DNA of 64,000 bases from Akkermansiaceae bacterium (lineage in GTDB: Bacteria; Verrucomicrobiota; Verrucomicrobiia; Verrucomicrobiales; Akkermansiaceae): NCBI GenBank assembly GCA_051251915.1, contig JBPOGF010000014.1, positions 32,001 through 96,000 on the forward strand. Direction: 5' to 3'. This document shows positions 1 through 9,018 of the stretch, piece by piece. The translations under genes and the position numbers were made by a program. The stretch's first letter is position 1. The number at the start of each line of letters is the position of its first letter. Under the pieces are notes generated by a model that saw only the letters and a program-made list of their open reading frames with translations, ran no database searches and was not told where the DNA came from.

Positions 1-634
1 AGTTGGTAGTGAATGGGTCACGGAAACTTCCGTCGCCTGTGATTACCCAGCCGTCAGAGCTAATTGTTAGCTCGTATGTAGCTCCATTACCATTGTATCC
101 GTCTGCGTGATTAGAGTCACCAGCGTTGTAATATTGGTCAGGTACAGGTCCTGAAGCTAAGTCAGCGGCAAGGATCGCTGTAGATCCTCCTGTGCTGGTA
201 GCGTAGCCAGGCTTTTGGCGATCCGCTCCTGAATTGCCAAACTCATCGTTTTCACCTAGTACTAGTTGGAAGATGATGACATCGTTGGCATCGTATCCTG
301 TAACGTAGTGGGACTTGTTGGCGCCGTTGGTGCGTCTAATGCCAAAATCAAAAGAGATGACGGCTGTGGCCCCTCCAACAAGTGATGCATCAGCAGTGGT
401 GCTGAGTGTGATGTCTGTGGCGTCAGTGGTGCCAGCATCACTAGATGGGTCTGCAAAGAGTGCGTTAGTGCCAGTGCCAGTTGAGATCTGAGTATTGAAA
501 CCAGCGTTGTAAGTGATAGATCCTGTGTTTGCAGTGAGAGCTGCATCAAAATCTGCCTCAAAGACGATGATTGCTTGAGCTGATGTGGATAGAGCTGCTG
601 TAATGCAGGCTATTTTTAGTGCTTTATTTTTCAT
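1..634 (-). CDS. Secreted protein, probably PEP-CTERM-type (partial; runs off the window start)
   Basis: Not in the ORF track. Manual translation from ATG at 634: MKNKALKIACITAALSTSAQA|IIVFEADFDAALTANTGSITYNAGF... It stays open to position 1. Signal peptide and T/S/G/D-rich body are typical of verrucomicrobial PEP-CTERM proteins, but the C-terminal motif is outside the window. Confidence 0.75.
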   Translation of the reverse strand, partial: MKNKALKIACITAALSTSAQAIIVFEADFDAALTANTGSITYNAGFNTQISTGTGTNALFADPSSDAGTTDATDITLSTTADASLVGGATAVISFDFGIRRTNGANKSHYVTGYDANDVIIFQLVLGENDEFGNSGADRQKPGYATSTGGSTAILAADLASGPVPDQYYNAGDSNHADGYNGNGATYELTISSDGWVITGDGSFRDPFTTN

Positions 635-739
635 TTTATAGTGTGTGTTTAGTGCGTGGTTGTTTGAAAAGTTGGTCTGTAGTTAATGGTTAACACTGGG
701 TTGTATCTGATATATTGCTCAGGTTTTGGTACAGTAGTC

Positions 740-759
740 AACTAGTCAAACGGCTAGTT
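740..759. promoter_or_regulatory. Inverted repeat AACTAGTC-AAAC-GGCTAGTT, candidate NarL/LuxR-type operator
   Basis: 7 of 8 bp palindromic arms, lying between the response regulator stop and the secreted-protein start. Confidence 0.45.
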
Positions 760-790
760 TTTTTAGGAGAGTTATATTTACTTGTTGAGT

Positions 791-1474
791 CTAAATAATT
801 CCTTTGCGGATTCCTTTGGCTACGGCGGCGGCTTGGGATTGGACGTTGAGTTTTTTGTAGGTGTTGGCTACGTGGAATTTGATGGTGTGTGGGGAGAGGT
901 GTAAGATGGAGGATATTTCTTTGATGGATTTTCCTTCTGCGAGGAGTTCTAAGGCTTCGATTTCACGGTCTGTTAGATCATATTCTTCTGGGGTGGTTGT
1001 GCTGTTTCTGTTGGCGTTCTTTTTGCCATTACTTTTAGGGAAAGCGCCGAGAATCATGGATGCTACATGTGGGTCTAGTGATGCGCCACCAGCCATGACG
1101 TCTTGGATGCCTGAGATGATTTGGTCGATGCCGGTGTTTTTGAGTTGGTAGCCTGATGCTCCTTTAGAGATGGCGTTGAAGACATCTTTTTGCTGGTCAG
1201 ATCCGGTGAGGACGATGAAGCGGATATCTGGGTAAATGGCTTTGATGTGTTCTATTCCTTCTATTCCTGACATGCCTGGAAGAGATAGGTCCATGAGGAT
1301 GAGTTTGGGTAGCCGAGCTGCTTTTGGGAGATACTCGATGGCTTCTTCACAGGTTGAGAAATCACGGGTTGCTTGGATGTTAGGTGTTTCATTGAGTGTT
1401 TCTGCGAGGTTGGAGCGGAATGGGGCGTTGTCTTCAATGATCCAGATGATGGTGGTGGCGAGTGGTTTTGTCAT
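791..1474 (-). CDS. NarL/LuxR-family DNA-binding response regulator
   Basis: REC domain (IIEDN, LMDLSLPGMSG, GASGY) plus LuxR HTH (LTDREIEALELLAEG...TIKFHVANTYKKL). Confidence 0.95.
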   Translation of the reverse strand: MTKPLATTIIWIIEDNAPFRSNLAETLNETPNIQATRDFSTCEEAIEYLPKAARLPKLILMDLSLPGMSGIEGIEHIKAIYPDIRFIVLTGSDQQKDVFNAISKGASGYQLKNTGIDQIISGIQDVMAGGASLDPHVASMILGAFPKSNGKKNANRNSTTTPEEYDLTDREIEALELLAEGKSIKEISSILHLSPHTIKFHVANTYKKLNVQSQAAAVAKGIRKGII

Positions 1475-3579
1475 GATGTGTGAGTGGTGAGTGGCATGTT
1501 AAGTTTGATTTCTGTGCCTTTTCCTGGTGAGCTGTGGATGGTGAGGTCTGCGCCGAGGAGTTTAGCACGTTGTTCCATGTTGAGCAAACCTCTGCCGGAT
1601 TCGCTGCTGGTTAGGATGCCTTTAGAGGAGTCGAAGCCGATGCCATCATCTTGGAGGGTGAGGGTGAGGGATGAAGGGGTGATCTCTGCTGTGATGAGGA
1701 TGTTTTGCGCTTGGGCGTATTTGGCGCAGTTGAAGAGGGCTTCTTTGACGAGGAGGATGATGTTGCGACGCATGTTGACTGGGACAATGGAGTCGCGGTA
1801 TTCGCTTTGGAAGGCGTAGGTGAGGTTGCAGTCACTGGTAACGCTTTGTGCTGTACGTTTGATTTGTAGTAAGAGGTCAGATAGCTTTACGTGTTTAGTG
1901 TCAGTGTGCCAGATGATTTCTTTGATGGAGATGTAGCTTTCCTGGGAGAGGTGGTCGATCTCGCGCAGTTTTTCCTGTGATTTTGTGTCGCTGGAGAGTT
2001 TGCGTAGTCTGTTAGAAATCATGGAGATGGTTCCTAGGTTTCCGCTGATGTCATCGTGTAGGTCTGCTGATATTTGTTTTTGGAGAGTGAGGATCTCTTG
2101 TTCTTTCTGATGTTTCATATTTACCAAGATGAGGATGAATATGATGATGCTGAGTAAGGCTAGTGCGATACCAATGGTCCAGCGTCTTTGGGCTTGGGTG
2201 GCTCTTGCGATGGTTAATTTCTGGATGACTTGGTTGTGGGCGTTTTCTACGAGGGCTCTTTTGGCTAGTTGCTCTATGTGTAGCTGGTCTGATGTGATGG
2301 TGTGGGAGTTGGTGAAGCCGTCTATTAGTAGTGATATGGAGTTGGTGTTGATGTCGGGTGAGGATTGATTTTGCGGATGGGATGTGATGTTGATTTTTTT
2401 ATCAAGTTGGAGCATGTCTTGGTCTTCATTAGTATCTCCAATAATCCGCATTTCTCCGATGGCGAGGACGGGGTGGTCATTGTAGATGGGGAATTTAGTG
2501 AAGATAAAGCGGACGAAACGGGCTTCATCTGAGTGGAAGTAGTGGCGTCTTACTTTTTCACGGTCACCGTGTTCAAAGGTCTCGGAGCGGATGATGGTAT
2601 TAGGGTTTAGGTGGCTTAGGATTTGGACTTGGTATTGCTGAGGTAGTGGTATGGATGGGGTGGGTGAACTGGGGTCATGGGCTGCGTAGAGCTCGACGCT
2701 GCCTAGGCTGCATGCTTTGCCAAGGTCAATGGTGATGGTGGTGTTGTTGTGTAGGTGTTTGAAATAATGGATGTAGTCGCCAATTTTTTGTGGGGTTGGG
2801 TGTGGTTTTCCGCCGAGTAATTTTCCGGTGTGGTAGGTGTTGTCTACTAGGTAATCTATGCTCCAGTAGGGGTTGACCTCATAGGAATCTGAGTATGATA
2901 TCTCCTTTGCTACTGGGGGAGCGATGTTGCTGTCATTGCGAAATGCTAGTAGCTCATCTAGGGCGAAGAAATTCATATTTTTGTCTGAGGTGCCTTTAGT
3001 CACTGTCAGTCTAATTCTGTCGCACTGGATGTCATTTGTATTAAAAATGACTGGAGATAGTCCAGGGTCTGGGAAGTCTTGTGTGGTCCAGTCCACGATG
3101 GTGATGGGAGTTTGTGGGGCTTCTTTGCGGAATATATCGATCTTAAATCGTTTTGGGAAACCGTAGTTGGATGTGGTGGAGTGTTTGTAGTAGAGTGCTG
3201 GGACGAGCGCGATTCCATCCAGTTTGATGTTATTGTTTTTATTTATTGTGAGGTCAACCCAAGCTTCAGGAGGGTTGTCTTGATCAGTGTTAGATGCTGA
3301 TGTGGGGATGGGGCAGAGGAAGCCGAAATTTTTCTGAGGTGGGGAGGTTTTGCTGGCAGGTGTGGGGTAGCGCTCTAGTTGTGAGCGGAGCCAGGATTCT
3401 TGTATGATGAGAGCGTCGACGTTATTTTTGGGAGTGAGTTCGGTTTCGGTGTAGCGATTGTCGGCGTGCTGGATGTCATCTGGAGTGTGCGGGTGGGACT
3501 CGCGTGCCAGCTCTAGGTCTTGAGAGAATGAGGTAGCCACCATGAGAAAGAACGCTATGATGGTGTATGGGATTCTCAT
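1471..3579 (-). CDS. Sensor histidine kinase (HisKA_3 type) with periplasmic discoidin/F5-8-like domains
   Basis: Signal peptide; discoidin-like segments (YGFPKRFKI, ITIDLGK, ARFVRF); one TM helix; ISADLHDDISGNL H-box; KEALFN; DDGIGFD; GRGLLNM. Overlaps the regulator by 4 nt. Confidence 0.9.
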   Translation of the reverse strand: MRIPYTIIAFFLMVATSFSQDLELARESHPHTPDDIQHADNRYTETELTPKNNVDALIIQESWLRSQLERYPTPASKTSPPQKNFGFLCPIPTSASNTDQDNPPEAWVDLTINKNNNIKLDGIALVPALYYKHSTTSNYGFPKRFKIDIFRKEAPQTPITIVDWTTQDFPDPGLSPVIFNTNDIQCDRIRLTVTKGTSDKNMNFFALDELLAFRNDSNIAPPVAKEISYSDSYEVNPYWSIDYLVDNTYHTGKLLGGKPHPTPQKIGDYIHYFKHLHNNTTITIDLGKACSLGSVELYAAHDPSSPTPSIPLPQQYQVQILSHLNPNTIIRSETFEHGDREKVRRHYFHSDEARFVRFIFTKFPIYNDHPVLAIGEMRIIGDTNEDQDMLQLDKKINITSHPQNQSSPDINTNSISLLIDGFTNSHTITSDQLHIEQLAKRALVENAHNQVIQKLTIARATQAQRRWTIGIALALLSIIIFILILVNMKHQKEQEILTLQKQISADLHDDISGNLGTISMISNRLRKLSSDTKSQEKLREIDHLSQESYISIKEIIWHTDTKHVKLSDLLLQIKRTAQSVTSDCNLTYAFQSEYRDSIVPVNMRRNIILLVKEALFNCAKYAQAQNILITAEITPSSLTLTLQDDGIGFDSSKGILTSSESGRGLLNMEQRAKLLGADLTIHSSPGKGTEIKLNMPLTTHTS

Positions 3580-3667
3580 GATTTGTCTAGGATTGTAGAT
3601 GCTATTAATATGAGAAAATATGGATCTGTTAGCAATACATAAGTATGTGCTGGGGGGGGGAGGTTAG

Positions 3668-4825
3668 CTAGCGGAGGGTTTGGAGGATGGCGGTTTTGAT
3701 GGCGGGGTTGCCGTGGTCAGATTCTAGGTGGGTGCAGGAGGCGGTGAGGTGGGGGTTGTTTTTAAAGGATGCGATGTTGTTGAGGTCTTGGCTGAACTTG
3801 GAGACTACGCCGTCGCCGCGGAACTTGGGTGAGGAGAGGTTTAGGGGTGATGAGATTTTGTCGAGTTTGCCTAGTCCGTTGCGTGCTAGGTCGAGGAGGT
3901 TGTCTGCTATGGCGGTGTTGGTGAAGTTGCCAGACTGGATGACGGAGAAGTCTTTTTTGAGTTTGTGCCAGTCGTAGTTGAGGATGTTTTCTTCGGTGAT
4001 GATGCAGTGGTAGGTGATGTCTGTGGGGTAGGGTGAATTTGCGAGTTGGTCTAGGTAGTTGCCATTTTCAGGTTCGGCGAGCATGAGGGCGCATTGGGAA
4101 TTGATATCGATGCCGGCTTCGTTGCCCCATTGTTCTAGCTGGCCAGTGAATTTACCGAGTGTGTAGGCGGTGGCGGCTCTGGTTCCTTTTGAGACGAAAT
4201 TTCCGCTGGTGTCTGACTGCATGGCGGTGAGCAGGGACTTGAGATTGTGGTAGCTGACGGATAGCCATGCGTGTTCGCTGCCTAGGTGTGGGGTGGAGAC
4301 GGTGGTGAGTGAGGCGATGTGGTGTTGTTCTGGGTGCTTAGAGAGATACTCGCGGCTGACTATTCCTCCGGCGCTGAAGGAGATGAGGCGGACTTTGTCG
4401 CAGTTATGGCGGCTGATGACGCGGGCGATGGTTTTTTCTAGGAGTATGGCAGAGTCGCGGATGTCTCTGGTGCCTTTGTCTGGGAGGGAGAGGGTGTAGA
4501 GGGCGGTTTGTCCTTTGGTGATGTTTTTTGGGGCTGATAGTTGGAGTTGGTTGTCTTGGTCAGCGTTGAAACTTCCCATGTTGATGGTGCCTTGTTGTTC
4601 GAGTTCGCTGATGAGGTGGATGTCGGCCCAGAAGTTAGAGCTCTGGTTGAACCCGTGGACGAGGATGATGGGTGGCTCTGTGCTGATGACGCGGGAGGTG
4701 CCTAGTTGGGTGATTATTTTAGGATTCACTAGCATCATCGCGGCGATGATGGCTGCGATGATGAGGAGTGGGGCTAGGCATTTTTTCATGAGGTGCATTT
4801 TAGGCATGGATTGGGATGAGTCCAA
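3668..4825 (-). CDS. Membrane-anchored alpha/beta hydrolase (lipase/esterase-like)
   Basis: PIILVHG, nucleophile elbow SFSAGG, TPHLGS, GDGVV, late His. True start may be 4804 or 4789. Confidence 0.8.
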   Translation of the reverse strand: MDSSQSMPKMHLMKKCLAPLLIIAAIIAAMMLVNPKIITQLGTSRVISTEPPIILVHGFNQSSNFWADIHLISELEQQGTINMGSFNADQDNQLQLSAPKNITKGQTALYTLSLPDKGTRDIRDSAILLEKTIARVISRHNCDKVRLISFSAGGIVSREYLSKHPEQHHIASLTTVSTPHLGSEHAWLSVSYHNLKSLLTAMQSDTSGNFVSKGTRAATAYTLGKFTGQLEQWGNEAGIDINSQCALMLAEPENGNYLDQLANSPYPTDITYHCIITEENILNYDWHKLKKDFSVIQSGNFTNTAIADNLLDLARNGLGKLDKISSPLNLSSPKFRGDGVVSKFSQDLNNIASFKNNPHLTASCTHLESDHGNPAIKTAILQTLR

Positions 4826-4904
4826 TTGTTTTTAGTGATGTGAACTATCATTTGTCTAGATGTTGGCTTGACGTGTAGGGGGGGAGGAATCAGGTTTCTA
4901 GGAG

Positions 4905-5951
4905 ATGAAGGAATGGCAATATAAGTTAGCGAAGGGGATGCTTTTTAAGTTGGATGCAGAGCAGGCGCACCATGTGAGCATGAGTATACTGAGGCGCGCG
5001 GAGAGTCTGAAGTTGTTGAAGTTTCTGACAAAGAATACGGTAAAAACGCATACTCAGCCGGTGGAGTGCATGGGGCTGACATTTCCGAATCCTGTGGGGC
5101 TTGCGGCCGGGCTTGATAAGGAGGGGAATACGATTGATGCGTTGGGGAGATTGGGTTTTGGTTTTATAGAGATAGGGACGATTACGCCGCTTCCGCAGGT
5201 GGGGAATCCGACGCCGAGGTTGTTTAGGATCATTGAGGAGGAGGCGATTATTAACCGTATGGGTTTCAATAATTGTGGGGTGGATAAGGGTGTGGAGAAT
5301 GTGAGGGCGGCGAAGACTTATAAGCAGAATGGTGGGGTTGTAGGATTTAATATTGGTAAGAATAAGCTGACTCCGAACGAGGATGCGGTGAGTGATTACA
5401 TCAAGGCGCTACGGGGGTGCTGGGGGGTGGCTGATTATGTGACGGTGAATATTTCATCGCCAAATACTCCTGGTTTGAGGGATCTGCAGGCAGCTGATGA
5501 TACGGCGAGGTTGTTGGAGGCTCTTAAGATTGAGCAGCAGAGATTGATGGCTGAGACGGGCTTGAAGATGCCGATAGCGCTGAAGGTTGCGCCGGATATG
5601 GGTGAGGAGCAGATCGCGGATTTGAGCAGAGTGTTTATGGACGGAGGTCTGGAAGGGCTGATTGCTACGAATACTACGATCGATAGAGAATCCGTGAAGG
5701 GTAAGCCTTTTGCGAAGCAGGCTGGTGGTTTGTCTGGTGCTCCGGTGACTAAGAAGTCAACTGAGGTGATCTCGGCGTTTCATAGCCATTTGGGAGATCG
5801 GGTGCCGATTATTGGGGTGGGGGGAATCATGTGCGCGGAAGATGCGAAAGAGAAGTTTGCGGCGGGGGCTAAACTGGTGCAACTTTACACAGGGTTTATT
5901 TATCACGGGCCGCCTTTAGTGCAGAATATTTTGGCATCATTAAATAAATGA
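4905..5951 (+). CDS. pyrD: Quinone-dependent dihydroorotate dehydrogenase (class 2)
   Basis: GLAAGLDK, INRMGFNN, NISSPNTPGLR, GGLSG motifs. Confidence 0.97.
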   Translation: MKEWQYKLAKGMLFKLDAEQAHHVSMSILRRAESLKLLKFLTKNTVKTHTQPVECMGLTFPNPVGLAAGLDKEGNTIDALGRLGFGFIEIGTITPLPQVGNPTPRLFRIIEEEAIINRMGFNNCGVDKGVENVRAAKTYKQNGGVVGFNIGKNKLTPNEDAVSDYIKALRGCWGVADYVTVNISSPNTPGLRDLQAADDTARLLEALKIEQQRLMAETGLKMPIALKVAPDMGEEQIADLSRVFMDGGLEGLIATNTTIDRESVKGKPFAKQAGGLSGAPVTKKSTEVISAFHSHLGDRVPIIGVGGIMCAEDAKEKFAAGAKLVQLYTGFIYHGPPLVQNILASLNK

Positions 5952-6104
5952 AGGCATTTGGGCTAGTATGATATGACACGAGTTACATAAATCCGTTCAA
6001 AATTTATCATAAAAATGTTATTTTTTCTCATGATCGTTGAAAAAGAGTGACTTCTTTCAATTTTCTCTGGTAAAAATGGAAGAAAAGTCACATTATTTTT
6101 TCAG

Positions 6105-6722
6105 ATGCAAAACGATTCAAAGACAAATACGAGGGAAGGGAATCTGGGGTTAGTAGGTCGTCGTCGTTTTATGGGATGGATGTCAGCAGCAGCCTGTGGC
6201 GCAATGTTTAGTGTCAGGGAGGCGAAAGCTGGATTATTCTATAGTACGAGACCTGTTGAAGGGATTCCGCAGTCATGGGTAGATGCAAAGGGGCTAGACG
6301 TCCTGCGCTATGCTAACTATATCAAGGGTTTAAAGCTTAAGAATGTATCACCTTATGCGGTGTTATACCCACATTTTAAGACAAGAGGTAGAAATACGAA
6401 CAGTTTGCCACCACGCTATATGTGGAGGAACATTGCGGCGACATTGAGAGTGATTGACGCGCTTGCGTCTAGGATGCGAGCTTTACCGAAGCCGTTGGTC
6501 TCAGTCTATAGAAGTCCTACTTATAACCGTGCAGTGAGGGGGCGGTCTCAGTCCCAGCATCTTGTAAATACGGCGGTTGACGTTCAGTTTAATGGAGTTT
6601 CTGCTTATACTGTGTCTGCAGTGGCCAGAAAGATGCGTGCTGAAGGTGCATTTAAAGGTGGCGTTGGTAGATATAGTTCATTCACGCATGTGGATACCAG
6701 GGGGCATAACGCTGACTGGTGA
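6105..6722 (+). CDS. Tat-exported peptidase M15A/DUF882-like protein
   Basis: RRRFM Tat signal; SVYRSPTYN, SQH...AVD, FTHVDTRG motifs. Confidence 0.85.
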   Translation: MQNDSKTNTREGNLGLVGRRRFMGWMSAAACGAMFSVREAKAGLFYSTRPVEGIPQSWVDAKGLDVLRYANYIKGLKLKNVSPYAVLYPHFKTRGRNTNSLPPRYMWRNIAATLRVIDALASRMRALPKPLVSVYRSPTYNRAVRGRSQSQHLVNTAVDVQFNGVSAYTVSAVARKMRAEGAFKGGVGRYSSFTHVDTRGHNADW

Positions 6723-6858
6723 CTTAAGTGATACTACGCCTGTTTTTGTAGAAAAATAGAATGGTTGCTATTTTGGCTAAAACCATCTAGAAAAATCTCA
6801 CTATTGATGGTAGCTAGACTGTTACTGAGATAGCATATTAACCAATGAAATTCTACAA

Positions 6859-8541
6859 GTGGGATTTATAGATGCAATCAAACGCTGGAAGCTTGCCCAA
6901 CAAGGCATGTCTTCTGGAAAGAAAAGAAGAACGCACGAGCAAGGTTCATTGACTGGGTCAATGGATAGAAGCTTTGGAGTGAGAACTCTGCTTTACTTGT
7001 TATTCATATTTCTGAGTACTATTCTGATGCTGCGGAATCCTTCGAGCTACGAAAGCTTGTTTGGGACGGCTGCTTTTTTACAGATTGCTCTTTGTTTTGC
7101 GGTGATTGCTGTGTTTGAGATTCAGCACTCGCATAAACCTCGTAATGTCAGGGTGATACTTATGTTTGGTTCGATTTCTCTGCATTTGCTTTTGGTGCAC
7201 TTGGTGGGGATTATTTTCAGGGGGACTGAATGTGCGTTGTTGGCTTTGCCATTTGCTTTGGCACCGATGATTACATCGGTTTTGCTTAATAGGCAGGGAG
7301 GTATTTTTGCGACACTTGCGGTTACGCTCAGTGGGTTACTTATCGTTCCGAAGGAGTCATTGATACATTATGCGGTGATGAGTATGTTCTGTGGATTGAT
7401 GGTGGTGTATCTGACGAAGAATGTGCGGCGCCGAGGCTCGTTACTCCGTGCTGGTGTTTATGCTGGTGTGGTGGTTCTGGTTTTAGCTGTGACTTATGGG
7501 ATGATTGAATTGCCTGATAATGGTGATGGTTGGGCTGATCTGGGGCAGAAGTGTGGTAGTGCGTTAGGGGTAAGTATTTTAATTGCGATGATTGTGAGTG
7601 GGCTGCTTCCGGTGCTGGAGGGGATATTTGGGATTACGACTGATATTAGTTGGCTTGAGCTTAGTGATCTGAACCATAAGTTAATGAAGAGACTTCAGTT
7701 GGAAGCTCCTGGGACATTTCATCATAGTTTGGTGGTGGCGTCTCTGGCAGAAGCTGCGGCTGAGAGTATAGGTGCGAATGCTCCGATGTGCCGAGTCTGT
7801 GCTTATTTCCATGATATTGGGAAGTTGAAGAAACCTGAGTATTTTATTGAGAACCAAGGTGAAGAGAATCTGCATGATACGATCACTCCCACGATGTCTG
7901 CGCTGGTCATTATTGCTCATGTGAAGGATGGAGTGGATCTGGCTGTGAAGCATAAGTTGAATCCGTTGATCATTGATGTGATCAAGGAGCACCATGGTGA
8001 CTCGCTGGTCTATTATTTCTATCACAAGGCAAATGAGCTTAAGCGTGAGGGAGAGGGGAAGGTGGAGAAGGGGCTCGAAAAAGCTGAGGACATCACGATG
8101 GTGAATGAGAAGAATTTCCGCTATCCGGGGCCTATTCCTAGTTCTAAGGAGAGTGGGATTATTAGTTTAGCGGATGCGATAGAAAGTGCTTCAAGGACGA
8201 TCCGAAAGCCTACGCCGAGTAAGATCCGGGCTCTAGTGGATGAACTGGTGATGAAGCGAGTTTCTGAAGGGCAGCTTGATAACTGTAGGCTAAGTCTTAG
8301 GGAGCTGAAGCAGGTGCGTGAGAGTTTCTCAACTACTCTTAGAAGTATGCTCCATAGCCGCATTGATTATCCGAAGGAAAAGGAAAAGGAGAAGGAGAAA
8401 GATAAGCGGGATGATAGGGAGAGAAAATCTGATCTTGGATCAGCTTCGGCAGCGTTTAAAGTGGAGAAGTCTGCGAAGAAGAAGGAGGTGAAATCTGCTG
8501 ATAAGCCAGTGGACTCAGATTCTGATGCGTTGAAGAATTAA
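6859..8541 (+). CDS. Membrane HDIG-domain phosphohydrolase (PgpH-like)
   Basis: Multiple TM helices; APGTFHHS, YFHDIGK, EHHG, FRYPGP, LADAIESA. Sits upstream of ybeY, a conserved context. Confidence 0.9.
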   Translation: MGFIDAIKRWKLAQQGMSSGKKRRTHEQGSLTGSMDRSFGVRTLLYLLFIFLSTILMLRNPSSYESLFGTAAFLQIALCFAVIAVFEIQHSHKPRNVRVILMFGSISLHLLLVHLVGIIFRGTECALLALPFALAPMITSVLLNRQGGIFATLAVTLSGLLIVPKESLIHYAVMSMFCGLMVVYLTKNVRRRGSLLRAGVYAGVVVLVLAVTYGMIELPDNGDGWADLGQKCGSALGVSILIAMIVSGLLPVLEGIFGITTDISWLELSDLNHKLMKRLQLEAPGTFHHSLVVASLAEAAAESIGANAPMCRVCAYFHDIGKLKKPEYFIENQGEENLHDTITPTMSALVIIAHVKDGVDLAVKHKLNPLIIDVIKEHHGDSLVYYFYHKANELKREGEGKVEKGLEKAEDITMVNEKNFRYPGPIPSSKESGIISLADAIESASRTIRKPTPSKIRALVDELVMKRVSEGQLDNCRLSLRELKQVRESFSTTLRSMLHSRIDYPKEKEKEKEKDKRDDRERKSDLGSASAAFKVEKSAKKKEVKSADKPVDSDSDALKN

Positions 8542-8549
8542 TCTTAAAG

Positions 8550-8990
8550 ATGGCGACTCTGGAGGTATATAATCATCAGAATAAGGAAGTTATTTCTGAT
8601 GAACTATTAGATAAGTTTTCACGCTGTGGGAGCTTGGCTCTGCCAATGGCGCTTGATCATCCTGCACATGGTGGGGGAGTTCTGGCTGAGTTAGAGGAGG
8701 TGGAGATATCGATCGTGAGTGATGAGGTTATTGCTCAGGTTCATGTGGATTTTATGGATATACCTGGTGCGACTGATGTGATCACTTTTGCGCATGGGGA
8801 GATAGTGATTAGTGCGGAGACTGCGCGTGAGTATGGCGCGGCGTATGGAAATAGTTTTGAAAGGGAGTTGATGCTTTATATCATTCATGGGCTTCTTCAT
8901 TTGTCTGGGCACGAAGATGCTGATCCGAATGAGAGGGCTGAAATGGAAAAAATCCAGACCCGCATTTTAGAGCAGGTCTGGATTAGTTAG
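8550..8990 (+). CDS. ybeY: rRNA maturation endoribonuclease YbeY
   Basis: TDVITF, GEIVIS, HGLLHLSGHED. Confidence 0.93.
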   Translation: MATLEVYNHQNKEVISDELLDKFSRCGSLALPMALDHPAHGGGVLAELEEVEISIVSDEVIAQVHVDFMDIPGATDVITFAHGEIVISAETAREYGAAYGNSFERELMLYIIHGLLHLSGHEDADPNERAEMEKIQTRILEQVWIS

Positions 8991-9018
8991 AGATTTAGAT
9001 TAAATCTGTGAACAGGGC

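Noticed and set aside
3652..3660. G9 homopolymer upstream of the sensor kinase (also G7 at 4878-4884 upstream of pyrD) as phase-variation tracts
   Set aside because: Intergenic G runs are expected on this G-skewed strand, and there is no evidence of length variation.
8371..8425. EKEKEKEKDK low-complexity repeat at the HD protein C-terminus
   Set aside because: Ordinary charged disordered tail.
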